DNA of 64,000 nt from Pseudomonadota bacterium (lineage in GTDB: Bacteria > Pseudomonadota > Gammaproteobacteria > SURF-13): positions 11,800-75,799 of the forward strand of contig JAQBXX010000003.1 of the NCBI GenBank assembly GCA_027624315.1. The letters run 5' to 3'. Below the pieces are notes generated by a model, which did no database searches, was not told the origin of the DNA, and saw only the letters and a list, made by a program, of their open reading frames with translations. The translations under genes were made by a program, and so were the position numbers. Position 1 is the first letter of the stretch; the number at the start of each line of letters is the position of its first letter. Positions 40,018-50,175 of the stretch are shown here, piece after piece.

Positions 40018-40993
40018 GAGGAATTTTCTCCAGCAGTTCAAGTAATGCGGCGCCAAAGGCAGGATCGAGCTCCGCCGTGACGGGCAGGTACCAGTAATGG
40101 GGTCTGGCGAACGGTTTGCATTTTACCGCATCCTTCTCGGTCATGAACACGGTGCGGCCGTCATCAAAACGAAAATCCTGCTCCACAAAGCGGTAATGGT
40201 CAGGAAAGGCATGTTCTACCACACTGAGACCCAGCGCACGCAGTTGATTGAAAAATCGCACCGGATTGCCTATGGCGGCGACGGCGTGTACGGTCTCTCC
40301 GCTGAAGCTCTCGATGCCGCGCGTACGTGCCTCATCCGCCAGATTGCGCGCGGCGAGCGGCTGCAAGCGCATGGCGAATTCACCATCAGCTGCAACACCA
40401 CCATTGCACACCTTCATGTTCACCGTGCGCAATCGAGTGAGTGGTTCGCGCAGCGGCCCCGCCGGCAGGCAATGGCCGTTGCCGAAGCGGCGCGCACCGT
40501 CAATTACGGCGATTTCAATATCCCGCGCCAGCGCGTAATGCTGCAGGCCGTCATCGGCAATGATGATGTCACACGCAGGCAGCAGCGTACGCGCGGCAGC
40601 GACACGATGCGGCGCGATCATGACCGGACAAGCGCAGCGCAGCGCCAGCAACACCGCCTCGTCGCCCATCTGTGCCGGATCAGAATCGGGATGCACCGCC
40701 TGCGGATAGTATCGCGTCTTGCCGCCATAGCCACGGCTGATGATACCGGGTTTCCAGCCGCGCGCCTGCAAAAAATCCGCGAGCCAGATGACCAGCGGCG
40801 TTTTGCCGGTGCCGCCGGCGGTGATATTGCCCACCACGACGACCGGAGCAGCGATCTTGGTTACGCGCAACACCCCGCTGCGATACAGGCCGCGGCGTGC
40901 CAGGGTTAAGAGGCAGTACAGCCACGCAAGCGGCAACAGCAAAAACGAGAGAAAATTATGGCTATACCAATAGTGGTCCAGGCGCTTCATCAC
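39998..40993 (-). CDS. lpxK: Tetraacyldisaccharide 4'-kinase
   Basis: 331 aa; P-loop [12 protein letters not shown]; GTG 40993 / ATG 40990 start. Confidence 0.9.
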   Translation of the reverse strand: MMKRLDHYWYSHNFLSFLLLPLAWLYCLLTLARRGLYRSGVLRVTKIAAPVVVVGNITAGGTGKTPLVIWLADFLQARGWKPGIISRGYGGKTRYYPQAVHPDSDPAQMGDEAVLLALRCACPVMIAPHRVAAARTLLPACDIIIADDGLQHYALARDIEIAVIDGARRFGNGHCLPAGPLREPLTRLRTVNMKVCNGGVAADGEFAMRLQPLAARNLADEARTRGIESFSGETVHAVAAIGNPVRFFNQLRALGLSVVEHAFPDHYRFVEQDFRFDDGRTVFMTEKDAVKCKPFARPHYWYLPVTAELDPAFGAALLELLEKIPHGPKTA

Positions 40994-40999
40994 AGGACG

Positions 41000-41186
41000 C
41001 CTCTAAAAATGCGTCTTTTGCTCCAATACTGCGTTGCAGCTTGTCTCCGCTGCTCACATACTGACGTGTATGCTGTGCTGTACAAGGACGTACGAATGTC
41101 GCGGGCGCAGGACGCGCAGGAGCGACCGCTGCTCGCCTGCGCTGCGCCTTGTCTTGAAGCAAAATCCATCATTTTTAGAGACGCCC
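41000..41186 (+). mobile_element. MITE-like repeat, family 2, copy 2
   Basis: ~95% identical to 28021-28209, same orientation; fills entire msbA-lpxK spacer; right end abuts TTAA containing msbA stop codon; flanked by gacgcc direct repeat. Confidence 0.85.
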
Positions 41187-42983
41187 TTAAAGGGCGGAGG
41201 ACTCTGTCGCAGTCAACGTCTGCGCTGCGACATCTGCGGTATCGCGGAACTGCATCTTGTGCAGCGCGGCGTAGTGGCCGTTACGCGCCAGCAGTTCACT
41301 GTGCCTGCCCTGTTCGATGATGCGGCCGGCGTGCAGCACGATGATGATGTCCGCCTTCTCGATGGTGGAAAGGCGATGCGCAATCACCAGCGTGGTGCGC
41401 GAACGCATCAGGCGCTCGAGCCCGGCTTGGATGTAGCGCTCGGATTCCGTATCGAGCGACGAGGTCGCCTCATCGAGAATCAGGATGGGCGCGTTTTTCA
41501 GCAGTGCGCGCGCTATCGCCAGGCGCTGACGCTGCCCGCCGGAAAGCAGCACGCCATTCTCGCCCACCAGCGTATTCAGCCCTTGCGGCAATGGGCGGAT
41601 AAACTCCATCGCGTGCGCGGCCTCGGCGGCCTCGATGATGTCGTGTTCGCTCGCAGTCCCGAGCCGGCCGTAGGCAATGTTGTGCGCTATCGTATCGTTG
41701 AACAGCGTCACCTCCTGGCTCACCAGCGCGATCTGGTCGCGCAGATCGGCAAGCCGCAGGTCGCGGATATCGCAGCCGTCGAGCGTGATGCTGCCGCTGC
41801 TGATGTTATAGAAACGCGGCAGCAGGCTGACCAAGGTGGATTTGCCGCTACCGGAACGGCCCACCAGCGCGACGGTCTGGCCCGGCTGCACCTTGAAACT
41901 GATGTCGTGCAGCACCTCGCCCTTGCGCTCGTCATAACTGAACGAGACCTGCCGGTATTCAATCGCACCTGCTGCGCGCGCGAGACTGCGCGTACCGGTA
42001 TCCGGTTCGGCGGCGCTGTCGATAAACGAGAAGATGCTCTCCGCGGCGGCAATGCCCCGCTGTATGGTGGCGTTGATGGTGGTGATGCGTTTCATGGGCC
42101 CGAGCATGAGTACCATGGCGGCGACAAACGACATGAAGCTACCCACGCTGACAGAGGCCAACATCGAATCCCGCGTAGCGAGGTAGACAATACCGGCCAG
42201 CGCGCTGGCCGTTACCAGCTGGACCAGAGAAGTGCTCGCGGCCGATGTCGCCGTCATCTTCATGTTCAGGTGACGGTTGGCCTCACTGGTACGCTCAAAC
42301 TGAGTGGCCTCATAGCGCTGCGCACCGAATATCTTAACCACGCGTTGCGCACCTATCGCCTCCTCCGCGACATGCGTAATGTTGCCCATGGAATGCTGGA
42401 TACGCGTGCTGATGCGACGGAACCGCCGGTTGATATAGAGCACCAGAAATGCGATGAACGGCCCGGTCAACAGGAACACCAGTGCCAGCAAGGCATTAAG
42501 ATAAAGCATCCACGCGACAAGACCCACCACCGTCAGCGTATCCTTCACAATCACGGTGATGGCGCTGGTCGATGCCTGTGCCACTTGCTCCACATCGTAG
42601 ATCAACTTCGACAGCAACTGGCCGGAGGAGTTATTGTCGTAAAACGCAGCCGGCAACAGCAGCAAGTGATTAAACATCAGGTCGCGCAAGTCGTTCACCA
42701 CCTTGCGTCCCATCCACGACAAGCCATAGGTGGATATGAATTCAGCGATGCCGCGCACCAGAAAAAGGCCGACCAGCCACAGCGGCATCATGCGTATGAT
42801 GGCCGGGTCATTGGCGACGAAACTGCCATCGGCGAGTGGCTTTATCAGCGCCGCGAAGCCCGTTTCCGTGGCGGCAAAAACCACCATCGCCAGTGTCGCG
42901 ACGACAAAGGCCTTCCAGTAAGGCATGGCATAGCGCAGCAGCCGCCGATACACGGCGAAGCCGCTAACATTACTCATGGCCAC
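41187..42983 (-). CDS. msbA: Lipid A export ABC transporter permease/ATPase MsbA
   Basis: 598 aa; 6-TM exporter domain + ABC signature LSGGQRQR, Walker A GRSGSGKST. Confidence 0.92.
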   Translation of the reverse strand: MAMSNVSGFAVYRRLLRYAMPYWKAFVVATLAMVVFAATETGFAALIKPLADGSFVANDPAIIRMMPLWLVGLFLVRGIAEFISTYGLSWMGRKVVNDLRDLMFNHLLLLPAAFYDNNSSGQLLSKLIYDVEQVAQASTSAITVIVKDTLTVVGLVAWMLYLNALLALVFLLTGPFIAFLVLYINRRFRRISTRIQHSMGNITHVAEEAIGAQRVVKIFGAQRYEATQFERTSEANRHLNMKMTATSAASTSLVQLVTASALAGIVYLATRDSMLASVSVGSFMSFVAAMVLMLGPMKRITTINATIQRGIAAAESIFSFIDSAAEPDTGTRSLARAAGAIEYRQVSFSYDERKGEVLHDISFKVQPGQTVALVGRSGSGKSTLVSLLPRFYNISSGSITLDGCDIRDLRLADLRDQIALVSQEVTLFNDTIAHNIAYGRLGTASEHDIIEAAEAAHAMEFIRPLPQGLNTLVGENGVLLSGGQRQRLAIARALLKNAPILILDEATSSLDTESERYIQAGLERLMRSRTTLVIAHRLSTIEKADIIIVLHAGRIIEQGRHSELLARNGHYAALHKMQFRDTADVAAQTLTATESSAL

Positions 42984-43010
42984 TCCAGTTTAGAGGCACC
43001 CATGCACACT

Positions 43011-43436
43011 TCAGTGTTTGCTTTGCTGCGGGTTCTGCGTTGCCAGCGTGATGTGCACGAAGCCAAGCTGACGCGCGACGTCCATCGCGGTGATGACGGA
43101 CTGGTGCGGGGTCTTGGCATCGGCGCTGATGACGACCGGAGCATCCTTGAGATCGGCGGCCGCCTGTTGCAGGGCGCGCTTCAGGGTTTCCGGCGACGTG
43201 TTCACGACCTGCTGCTGATTGATGTAATAGCGGCCTTCGGTGTCAATCACGATCCCCAGCGTCGCATCCTGTTTGGCTTCAGCCCCGGCGCTCGCCTCGG
43301 GCAGCGTGAGGGTGATGCCGGCATCACGGTTGAAGGTGGTGGTCACAATGAAAAAGATGAGTACCACGAACAGGATATCGACGAGCGGTATCAGGCTCAA
43401 TTTCGGCTCATCACGGCGTGTGCGACGCAGATTCAT
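43011..43436 (-). CDS. exbD: ExbD/TolR family biopolymer transport protein
   Basis: 141 aa; N-terminal TM followed by periplasmic domain; downstream of exbB-like gene. Confidence 0.85.
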   Translation of the reverse strand: MNLRRTRRDEPKLSLIPLVDILFVVLIFFIVTTTFNRDAGITLTLPEASAGAEAKQDATLGIVIDTEGRYYINQQQVVNTSPETLKRALQQAAADLKDAPVVISADAKTPHQSVITAMDVARQLGFVHITLATQNPQQSKH

Positions 43437-44056
43437 GGCCGGGCCCCCTGTTCTCGGTCGCCGTGCAGCACCTCCACCATCTTGATCGCCTGCTGTTCCA
43501 TCGTCACTACCAGCTCTTCAATACGCCCGCGGAAATAACGATAAAGTGTCAGGCTCGGAATCGCCACGCACAAACCCGCCGCCGTGGTCACCAGCGCCTT
43601 GGCGATGCCGCCCGCCATTTCCACGGGATTGCCGATGCCGTGTACGTTGATGGAGTTGAATACCTGAATCATGCCGAACACGGTGCCGAGCAGACCGAGC
43701 AAAGGGGTTATCGCAGCGATAGTGCCGAGCGCATTCAGAAAGCGTTCCATTTCATGCACCACGTGACGCCCGGTTTCCTCGATGCTCTCCTTCATCACGT
43801 CGCGGGGGTGGTGCAGGTTGAGCAGGCCGGCGGCGAGGATACGACCCAGCGGCGAACTCTTGCTCAGGGTGTCAATGTGCGTTGTGTCGAGCTGATGATT
43901 CTTCGCCCAGTGCCAGATTTGCGCCAGCAGATGTTCCGGCGCGACATGTCTTCTCTGCAGCGCCCAGCAGCGTTCAATGATGATGGCGGTGGCGGCTACC
44001 GAGCACAACAGTAGCGGCCACATGACCCAACCGCCTGCCTTGATGATTTCAAACAC
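43433..44056 (-). CDS. exbB: MotA/TolQ/ExbB proton channel family protein
   Basis: 207 aa; three TM helices and TolQ/ExbB conserved region. Confidence 0.85.
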   Translation of the reverse strand: MFEIIKAGGWVMWPLLLCSVAATAIIIERCWALQRRHVAPEHLLAQIWHWAKNHQLDTTHIDTLSKSSPLGRILAAGLLNLHHPRDVMKESIEETGRHVVHEMERFLNALGTIAAITPLLGLLGTVFGMIQVFNSINVHGIGNPVEMAGGIAKALVTTAAGLCVAIPSLTLYRYFRGRIEELVVTMEQQAIKMVEVLHGDREQGARP

Positions 44057-44241
44057 GTTGCGTTACCTGCACCTTACGTGTGGGATGTGGTGGCTATTGT
44101 AGTATATCTTTAACATAGTGACATAAATCGTAGCGAGCGGCTTTCAGGCGGGGGCGGTGGAGCGCAGGAACCGGAGTGTACATAGAAGTACATGAGGATT
44201 CCGAGCACCGCACGCACCCGCATCAAAGACGCGCAGTAGAT

Positions 44242-44931
44242 TTATGACGCTATGTACTGCAACACGCCATCGCGCAGCGTGAGCACGCGCTGCATGCGGG
44301 AGGCAAGCGTAAGGTCGTGCGTGACCACCACGAGACTCGTATGCAATGCCGCGTTGAGCTCCAGCATCAGCTCGTACACCTGCTCGGCGTTGCGGCGGTC
44401 GAGATTGCCCGTGGGTTCATCGGCCAGCACGCATTGCGGGCTTGTCACCAGGGCGCGCGCCACCGCTGCGCGTTGACGCTCACCGCCGGAGAGTTCGCCG
44501 GGGCGGTGCGCAAGACGTGAAGCCATACCCACCTTCTCCAGCAGTACATGCGCCTGTTCCGCGGCCTCGCGCGGAGCAAGACCGCGAATGAGCAGCGGCA
44601 GGCTCACATTTTCGAGCGCGCTGAATTCCGGCAGCAGATGGTGAAACTGATAGACAAAGCCGAGTGCCCGGTTACGCAGGCGGCCACGGTCCGCGTCATT
44701 GAGTCGCGCCATGTTATGCCCCTGCACCCACACCTCCCCCGCCGTGGGCAGGTCCAGCCCGCCGAGCAGGTGCAACAGCGTGCTCTTGCCGGAGCCGGAG
44801 GCCCCGACGATAGCCACGCACTCGCCTGCCGCGACGGAAAGATTCACATCCTTCAGCACTTCGGCGTAGAGGCCGCCTTCGCTGAAGGTCTTCACGAGGC
44901 CGCGGCATTCCAGCACCGGTATGTCACTCAT
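44242..44931 (-). CDS. lolD: Lipoprotein-releasing system ATP-binding protein LolD
   Basis: 229 aa ABC ATPase; [17 protein letters not shown]. Confidence 0.9.
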   Translation of the reverse strand: MSDIPVLECRGLVKTFSEGGLYAEVLKDVNLSVAAGECVAIVGASGSGKSTLLHLLGGLDLPTAGEVWVQGHNMARLNDADRGRLRNRALGFVYQFHHLLPEFSALENVSLPLLIRGLAPREAAEQAHVLLEKVGMASRLAHRPGELSGGERQRAAVARALVTSPQCVLADEPTGNLDRRNAEQVYELMLELNAALHTSLVVVTHDLTLASRMQRVLTLRDGVLQYIAS

Positions 44932-46171
44932 AGCGCAGGGCCTCCGCCGGCTGGCAACGTGCCGCGCGCCATGCGGGATACAACGTGGCCAGCAGACTCA
45001 GCACAAAGGCCACGCTGCTGATATTGAGCACATCGTCCCAGCGCATATCCGACGGCACTTCACTGATGAGGTAGACATCCGCCGAGAGGAACTGGATGCC
45101 GAAGGCATGCTCGATCCACGGCACGATCGTCTCGACGTTGAGCGCCAGGCTCACCCCGCCGATGACGCCGAGCGCGGTACCGGCGACGCCGATCACCATG
45201 CCCTGCACCATGAAGATCGCAAGTATGCTCGCGGGCGTGGTGCCGAGTGTGCGCAGGATTGCGATATCGGCCTGCTTGTCGGTCACCACCATCACCATGG
45301 TGGAGACGATATTAAAGGCCGCGACCGCGACGATGAGCGTGAGAATGATGAACATGATGCGCTTCTCCAGCGCCACCGCGCGGAAAAAACTCACATGCTG
45401 GCGCGTCCAGTCGCTGGCGAAATACTGCGCGGGCAATTGCCGCATCAACTCGCGCATTACTGCGGGCGCGGCGAACATGTCGTCGAGCCTGAGACGCAAT
45501 CCACTCACCTTGCCTTCCATCTGAAACAGACGCGCGGCATCCTCCATGTGCATAAGGGCGAGGCTGCCGTCGTATTCATTATTGCCGACATGAAATATGC
45601 CGGTCACCGTGAAGCGCTTGAGGCGCGGCAGCACGCCGACGGGCGTCACTGTGACCTGCGGCGTAATCAGCGTGACCTTGTCACCCACATCCACACCCAG
45701 GTAACGCGCCAGCTCGCGCCCGAGCACGATGCCGAAGGCCCCGGGCGCGAGATCACCCAACCGGCCGACCACCATCTTTTTATCGATGTAGGACACCTTG
45801 GGTTCTTCCCGTGGAATGATACCGCGCACCTGCACGCCGCTCACCACCTGACCGTTGGTGAGCATGCCCTGCGCCTCGATGTAGGGCGCCGCACCCTGCA
45901 CTCGCGGATGATGGGCAATGCTGTCTTCGAGCGCGCGCCAATCAACGAGAGTTCCATCGGCTCCGCTAATCGTCGCGTGTGCGGTCATGCCGAGGATGCC
46001 GTTACGCACCTCGCGCTGAAAGCCGTTCATCACCGACAGCACGGTGATGAGCGCCGCGACACCGAGGGCGATGCCCAGAATGGAGGTCAACGAGATGAAG
46101 GAGATGAAGTGATTGCGGCGCTTGGCGCGGGTGTAGCGCAGCCCAACAAACAATTCCAGCGGTCTGAACAT
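44924..46171 (-). CDS. lolC: Lipoprotein-releasing system transmembrane protein LolC/E
   Basis: 415 aa; MacB-like FtsX permease; coupled to lolD. Confidence 0.88.
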   Translation of the reverse strand: MFRPLELFVGLRYTRAKRRNHFISFISLTSILGIALGVAALITVLSVMNGFQREVRNGILGMTAHATISGADGTLVDWRALEDSIAHHPRVQGAAPYIEAQGMLTNGQVVSGVQVRGIIPREEPKVSYIDKKMVVGRLGDLAPGAFGIVLGRELARYLGVDVGDKVTLITPQVTVTPVGVLPRLKRFTVTGIFHVGNNEYDGSLALMHMEDAARLFQMEGKVSGLRLRLDDMFAAPAVMRELMRQLPAQYFASDWTRQHVSFFRAVALEKRIMFIILTLIVAVAAFNIVSTMVMVVTDKQADIAILRTLGTTPASILAIFMVQGMVIGVAGTALGVIGGVSLALNVETIVPWIEHAFGIQFLSADVYLISEVPSDMRWDDVLNISSVAFVLSLLATLYPAWRAARCQPAEALRYE

Positions 46172-46242
46172 GAGACCGCATTAAATCATACTTGTAAAAA
46201 AATTGCTCCCTGCAACGGTGTCTGTCACAGGACGCGCAGGCA

Positions 46243-46274
46243 ATAAAAAAGCCGGCTCCGCGCAGCGCGTCCGG
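46243..46274 (-). terminator. Rho-independent terminator downstream of the transposase-like ORF
   Basis: minus-strand reading gccggacgcgctgcgcggagccggc hairpin followed by ttttttatt. Confidence 0.55.
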
Positions 46275-46308
46275 CGTCATGCGCCCATGAAACAGGCGGT
46301 GTGGTTAT

Positions 46309-46578
46309 TTACCCTTGCTGGCGGCCATCGATACCGGCCGGCAAGCGCGGCCCGCGCAAACTGCATGGCACTCGGGCGAGAAATTCATCACGCCACTGGT
46401 AATACTGGGATTCACTGATCCCGTATTTGCGGCACAAGTCCGTCAGCGGCTGACCGCGCAGCCCTTCAATCACGATTTGCGAGCGCTGCTTGGCGCTCTT
46501 TATCACGGTAATCATAGCTTTCCGAGCATCCATATACCCTGTATAGCTCAAAATAGCGGCACTGTTTATTAGATTCAT
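46309..46578 (-). pseudogene. IS3-family transposase OrfA remnant (N-terminal HTH only)
   Basis: …LTDLCRKYGISESQYYQWRDEF matches IS3/IS407 OrfA HTH (…VKELCRKHGFSDASFYTWRAKF); C-terminus diverges; no orfB or inverted repeats nearby. Confidence 0.55.
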
Positions 46579-46884
46579 TAGCTCGCAACACGCCCGTATG
46601 GCATATTGCAGGGAATATTACCGCCATCATTCATAAAAAATACATTAATAACAATATATTACGATTGTTTGTTATTGTAAAATATATGACATATCGCACT
46701 TGGCGCTCAGACGTAATACGGCAGCTAATACCACGCATAAGGAACAGTTACGCCAGGACTGGCATTGCCCGCTGAAGCCGACTCCACCCCCGCCGCATGC
46801 GCTATAATGCCGCCCATCCATGTGGGCACAGACCTTCCCGCATAACGTCTCACTTCGCTTGCCCGCACCAGCAACATCGCGCCT

Positions 46885-47931
46885 ATGTCACTTCGTAGCA
46901 GCACATTTCATCTACCGCCCGAGTGGGCAAGGCAAAGCGCCGTAATGTTGACCTGGCCGCATGCGCACAGCGACTGGCGCCCGTGGCTGGCCGAGGTGGA
47001 ACCGGTGTTTATTGCCATCGCGCACGCGGTAGCGGAGCGCGAACAGGTCATCATCACCGCACATGATGCCGCGCACCTCGCGCACATTCGCACCCTGCTG
47101 CAGCGTGCGGGCACCGACCTCGACCGTGTTCACCTGTATATCGCCCCTTCCAACGATACCTGGGTGCGCGATCATGGGCCCATCACGGTGAGCAAAAACG
47201 GCGCCCCGCTATTGCTCGATTTTATTTTCAACGGCTGGGGCGATAAATTCGATGCCACGCTCGATAACGAATTGATGCCGCACTTGCACGCACAAGGCGC
47301 CTTCGGCGCCACACCGCTCACGTCGATTGATTTTGTGCTGGAAGGAGGCAGTATCGAGGTGGACGGCGCGGGCAGCCTCCTCACCACCGAGCGCTGCCTG
47401 CTCTCGCCCCAGCGCAATCCCACTCTCACTCGCGCCGCCATCGAAGCGCGGCTGCACGAGTGGCTGGGAGTGGACCGTGTGCTGTGGCTAACGCACGGCT
47501 ATCTCGCCGGCGACGACACCGACAGCCACATCGACACGCTGGCGCGCTTTTGCAGTCCCAACACGATCTGCTACGTCGCGTGTGACGATGCGGGTGACGA
47601 GCATTACACTGAACTCAAGGCCATGGAGCAGGAGTTGCAGGCGCTGCGCTCCGCTGCGGGCGCGCCTTATCGCCTGGTACCGCTGCCGTGGCCACAAGCC
47701 AAATACGGCGACGACGGCAGGCGCCTGCCCGCGAGCTATGCCAATTTTCTCATCATCAACGGCGCGGTGCTGGCGCCAACCTATGACGATCCGGCTGACA
47801 AGGCAGCGCTGACGCGCCTCAAAACATGCTTCCCGGATCGCGCCGTCATCGGCATCCCGTGCCTTCCGCTCATCCGCCAATACGGCAGTCTGCACTGCGT
47901 TACCATGCAGTTGCCCGCCGATGTGCTGTAA
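46885..47931 (+). CDS. aguA: Agmatine deiminase
   Basis: 348 aa; porphyranase-type PAD fold motifs; followed by aguB. Confidence 0.88.
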   Translation: MSLRSSTFHLPPEWARQSAVMLTWPHAHSDWRPWLAEVEPVFIAIAHAVAEREQVIITAHDAAHLAHIRTLLQRAGTDLDRVHLYIAPSNDTWVRDHGPITVSKNGAPLLLDFIFNGWGDKFDATLDNELMPHLHAQGAFGATPLTSIDFVLEGGSIEVDGAGSLLTTERCLLSPQRNPTLTRAAIEARLHEWLGVDRVLWLTHGYLAGDDTDSHIDTLARFCSPNTICYVACDDAGDEHYTELKAMEQELQALRSAAGAPYRLVPLPWPQAKYGDDGRRLPASYANFLIINGAVLAPTYDDPADKAALTRLKTCFPDRAVIGIPCLPLIRQYGSLHCVTMQLPADVL

Positions 47932-47940
47932 AATGCGCGC

Positions 47941-48831
47941 ATGACTAATCTCCTGCTCAAGGTCGCTTTAATCCAGCACGCCTGTGGCGCCGAACGCAGC
48001 ACCAATCTTGCCGCGAGCATGCGCGCGATACGCGAGGCCGCGAGTCAGGGTGCGCGTCTCGTCGTGTTGCAGGAACTGCATCTTGGACCTTATTTCTGCC
48101 AGACCGAGGACACGCGTAATTTTGACCGCGCCGAAACCATCCCCGGCGCGACTACGGACGAGCTCGGCAAGCTCGCGGCGGAACTTGGCGTGGTCATCGT
48201 CGCCTCGTTGTTTGAACGCCGTGCTGCGGGCGTGTATCACAACACTGCGGTGGTGCTGGAGAGCGACGGCCGCATCGCGGGCAAATACCGCAAGATGCAC
48301 ATCCCGGACGACCCGGGCTACCACGAAAAATTTTATTTCACGCCGGGCGATCTCGGCTTTACGCCCATCAAGACCTCGCTCGGTACGCTCGGCGTGCTGG
48401 TGTGCTGGGATCAGTGGTACCCCGAAGCCGCGCGCCTTATGGCGCTGGCCGGTGCCGACCTCCTCATCTACCCGACCGCCATCGGCTGGGATCCGAACGA
48501 CGACGCGCAGGAACAGACACGCCAGCACGAGGCGTGGATGACGATTCAACGCGCCCATGCCGTGGCCAACGGCCTGCCGGTGCTGGCCTGCAACCGCACC
48601 GGATTCGAGGCCGATCCGTCCGGGCGCGGCGCCGGCGTCCGCTTCTGGGGCTCCAGCTTTATCGCCGGGCCGCAGGGAGAAATCCTCGCCGCCGCACCGG
48701 AAGACGCGCCCGCTGTGTTGGTCGCCGAACTCGATCTCAGCCGCAGCGAACAGGTGCGGCGCATCTGGCCCTATCTGCGCGACCGGCGCATTGATGCCTA
48801 CCAGGATCTGATGCGGCGTTATCGTGACTAG
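47941..48831 (+). CDS. aguB: N-carbamoylputrescine amidase (nitrilase superfamily)
   Basis: 296 aa; E-K-C catalytic triad context (LVCWDQWYPE). Confidence 0.88.
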   Translation: MTNLLLKVALIQHACGAERSTNLAASMRAIREAASQGARLVVLQELHLGPYFCQTEDTRNFDRAETIPGATTDELGKLAAELGVVIVASLFERRAAGVYHNTAVVLESDGRIAGKYRKMHIPDDPGYHEKFYFTPGDLGFTPIKTSLGTLGVLVCWDQWYPEAARLMALAGADLLIYPTAIGWDPNDDAQEQTRQHEAWMTIQRAHAVANGLPVLACNRTGFEADPSGRGAGVRFWGSSFIAGPQGEILAAAPEDAPAVLVAELDLSRSEQVRRIWPYLRDRRIDAYQDLMRRYRD

Positions 48832-50116
48832 CTCCCGCGCTGCGCCCAAACCCATGCAGCACTTCCCGCTTGCGCGCGCTGCCGAGCTGCTTGATCTTAT
48901 CCTGCACGGTCGCTCCCCCGCCGACCAACTGATGCAGATGTACTTCCGCAAAAATCGCAACATGGGCGTGCACGACCGCGGCTTCGTCGCCGAAACCGTG
49001 TACGGCTGCTTGCGCCGCAAGCGCCTGCTGGAACACTTCATCAACCAGGCCGCGCCCGCAGCGCTGGACATCGTTGCGACCTATCTTGCCGCCATCCAGG
49101 GCTGGAGCGCGCGCGCCCTGGAGCAGGCGGGCTATCACGCCGACGTGCGCGGATTGGTGGCGCGCATCCGTGAGACCGATATCACCGCCCTGTCGGCCGC
49201 AGTGCGCGCCGATCTACCCGACTGGCTTTACGAGCGTCTGGAGGCGCAGCTCGGAGAAACGGAAACCCTGGCGCTCGCCGCCGCATTGAATCAGCCCGCG
49301 CCGGTGGACTTGCGCGTCAACACGCTCAAGGCAAAACGCGAAGACGTAGTCGCCCTGCTGGCGGAAGAAGGCTACCCTGCCACACCCACCCCGCTCTCTC
49401 CCGCCGGCCTGCGCCGCAACAAGCGCAGCCCGTTGTTCAAGACGCGCGCCTTCAGCGAGGGCCTGGTCGAAGTGCAGGATGAAGGCAGCCAGCTCCTCGC
49501 CCTGCTGGTGGAGCCGCGGCGCGGGGAAATGGTGGTGGACTTCTGCGCCGGCGCGGGAGGAAAGACACTGCATCTGGGCGCGCTGATGGACAACAGCGGC
49601 ACACTGTACGCCTTCGACGTCTCCGCCCGACGGCTCGACCAGATCAAGCCGCGCCTGCGGCGCGCCGGCCTCGACACGGTGCGCAGTGTCGTTATCGAAC
49701 ATGAACGCGACCGGCGCGTGCTGCGCCTGCGCGGCAAGATCGACCGCGTGCTGGTGGACGCCCCCTGCACCGGCATCGGCACGGTGCGGCGCAATCCGGA
49801 TATCAAGTGGCGCACGCACGACCTGGCGCAGAATGCAGAGCTGCAAGGCCGCATCCTCAACGCTGCCGCAGAGTTGCTCAAACCGGGCGGACGCCTGGTG
49901 TACGCCACCTGCAGCCCGCTGCGCGAAGAAAACGAGGCCGTAGTCGAGCCCTTTCTGGCGGCACACCCGGAGTTTCATGTCGTTCCGGTGGCGGAGATTC
50001 TCACGCGCAAGGGTATCGCATTGAAACCGCCGCCCACTGAAGCGGCGTTGCGCCTCTACACGCACCGCCACGGCACCGACAGCTTCTTCGCCCAAGTGCT
50101 GGAAAAAGAAAAGTAA
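48824..50116 (+). CDS. rsmB: RsmB/NOP-family rRNA m5C methyltransferase
   Basis: 430 aa; SAM-binding motif VDFCAGAGGKT, DAPCTG, catalytic TCS. Confidence 0.8.
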   Translation: MTSSRAAPKPMQHFPLARAAELLDLILHGRSPADQLMQMYFRKNRNMGVHDRGFVAETVYGCLRRKRLLEHFINQAAPAALDIVATYLAAIQGWSARALEQAGYHADVRGLVARIRETDITALSAAVRADLPDWLYERLEAQLGETETLALAAALNQPAPVDLRVNTLKAKREDVVALLAEEGYPATPTPLSPAGLRRNKRSPLFKTRAFSEGLVEVQDEGSQLLALLVEPRRGEMVVDFCAGAGGKTLHLGALMDNSGTLYAFDVSARRLDQIKPRLRRAGLDTVRSVVIEHERDRRVLRLRGKIDRVLVDAPCTGIGTVRRNPDIKWRTHDLAQNAELQGRILNAAAELLKPGGRLVYATCSPLREENEAVVEPFLAAHPEFHVVPVAEILTRKGIALKPPPTEAALRLYTHRHGTDSFFAQVLEKEK

Positions 50117-50175
50117 ATGCCACTGAACGTGTTTTGTGGAATAATTGCGCGCCGGACCTCACCAGACAAAAGCAC

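Noticed and set aside
41034-43538. 834-aa plus-strand ORF
   Set aside because: Antisense to msbA/exbD with strong homology-supported genes on the other strand; an artefact of high GC (few stop codons).
44057-44241. exbB upstream region inspected for a Fur box (iron regulation of ExbBD)
   Set aside because: No convincing 19-bp GATAATGATAATCATTATC-like palindrome seen by eye; left uncalled.
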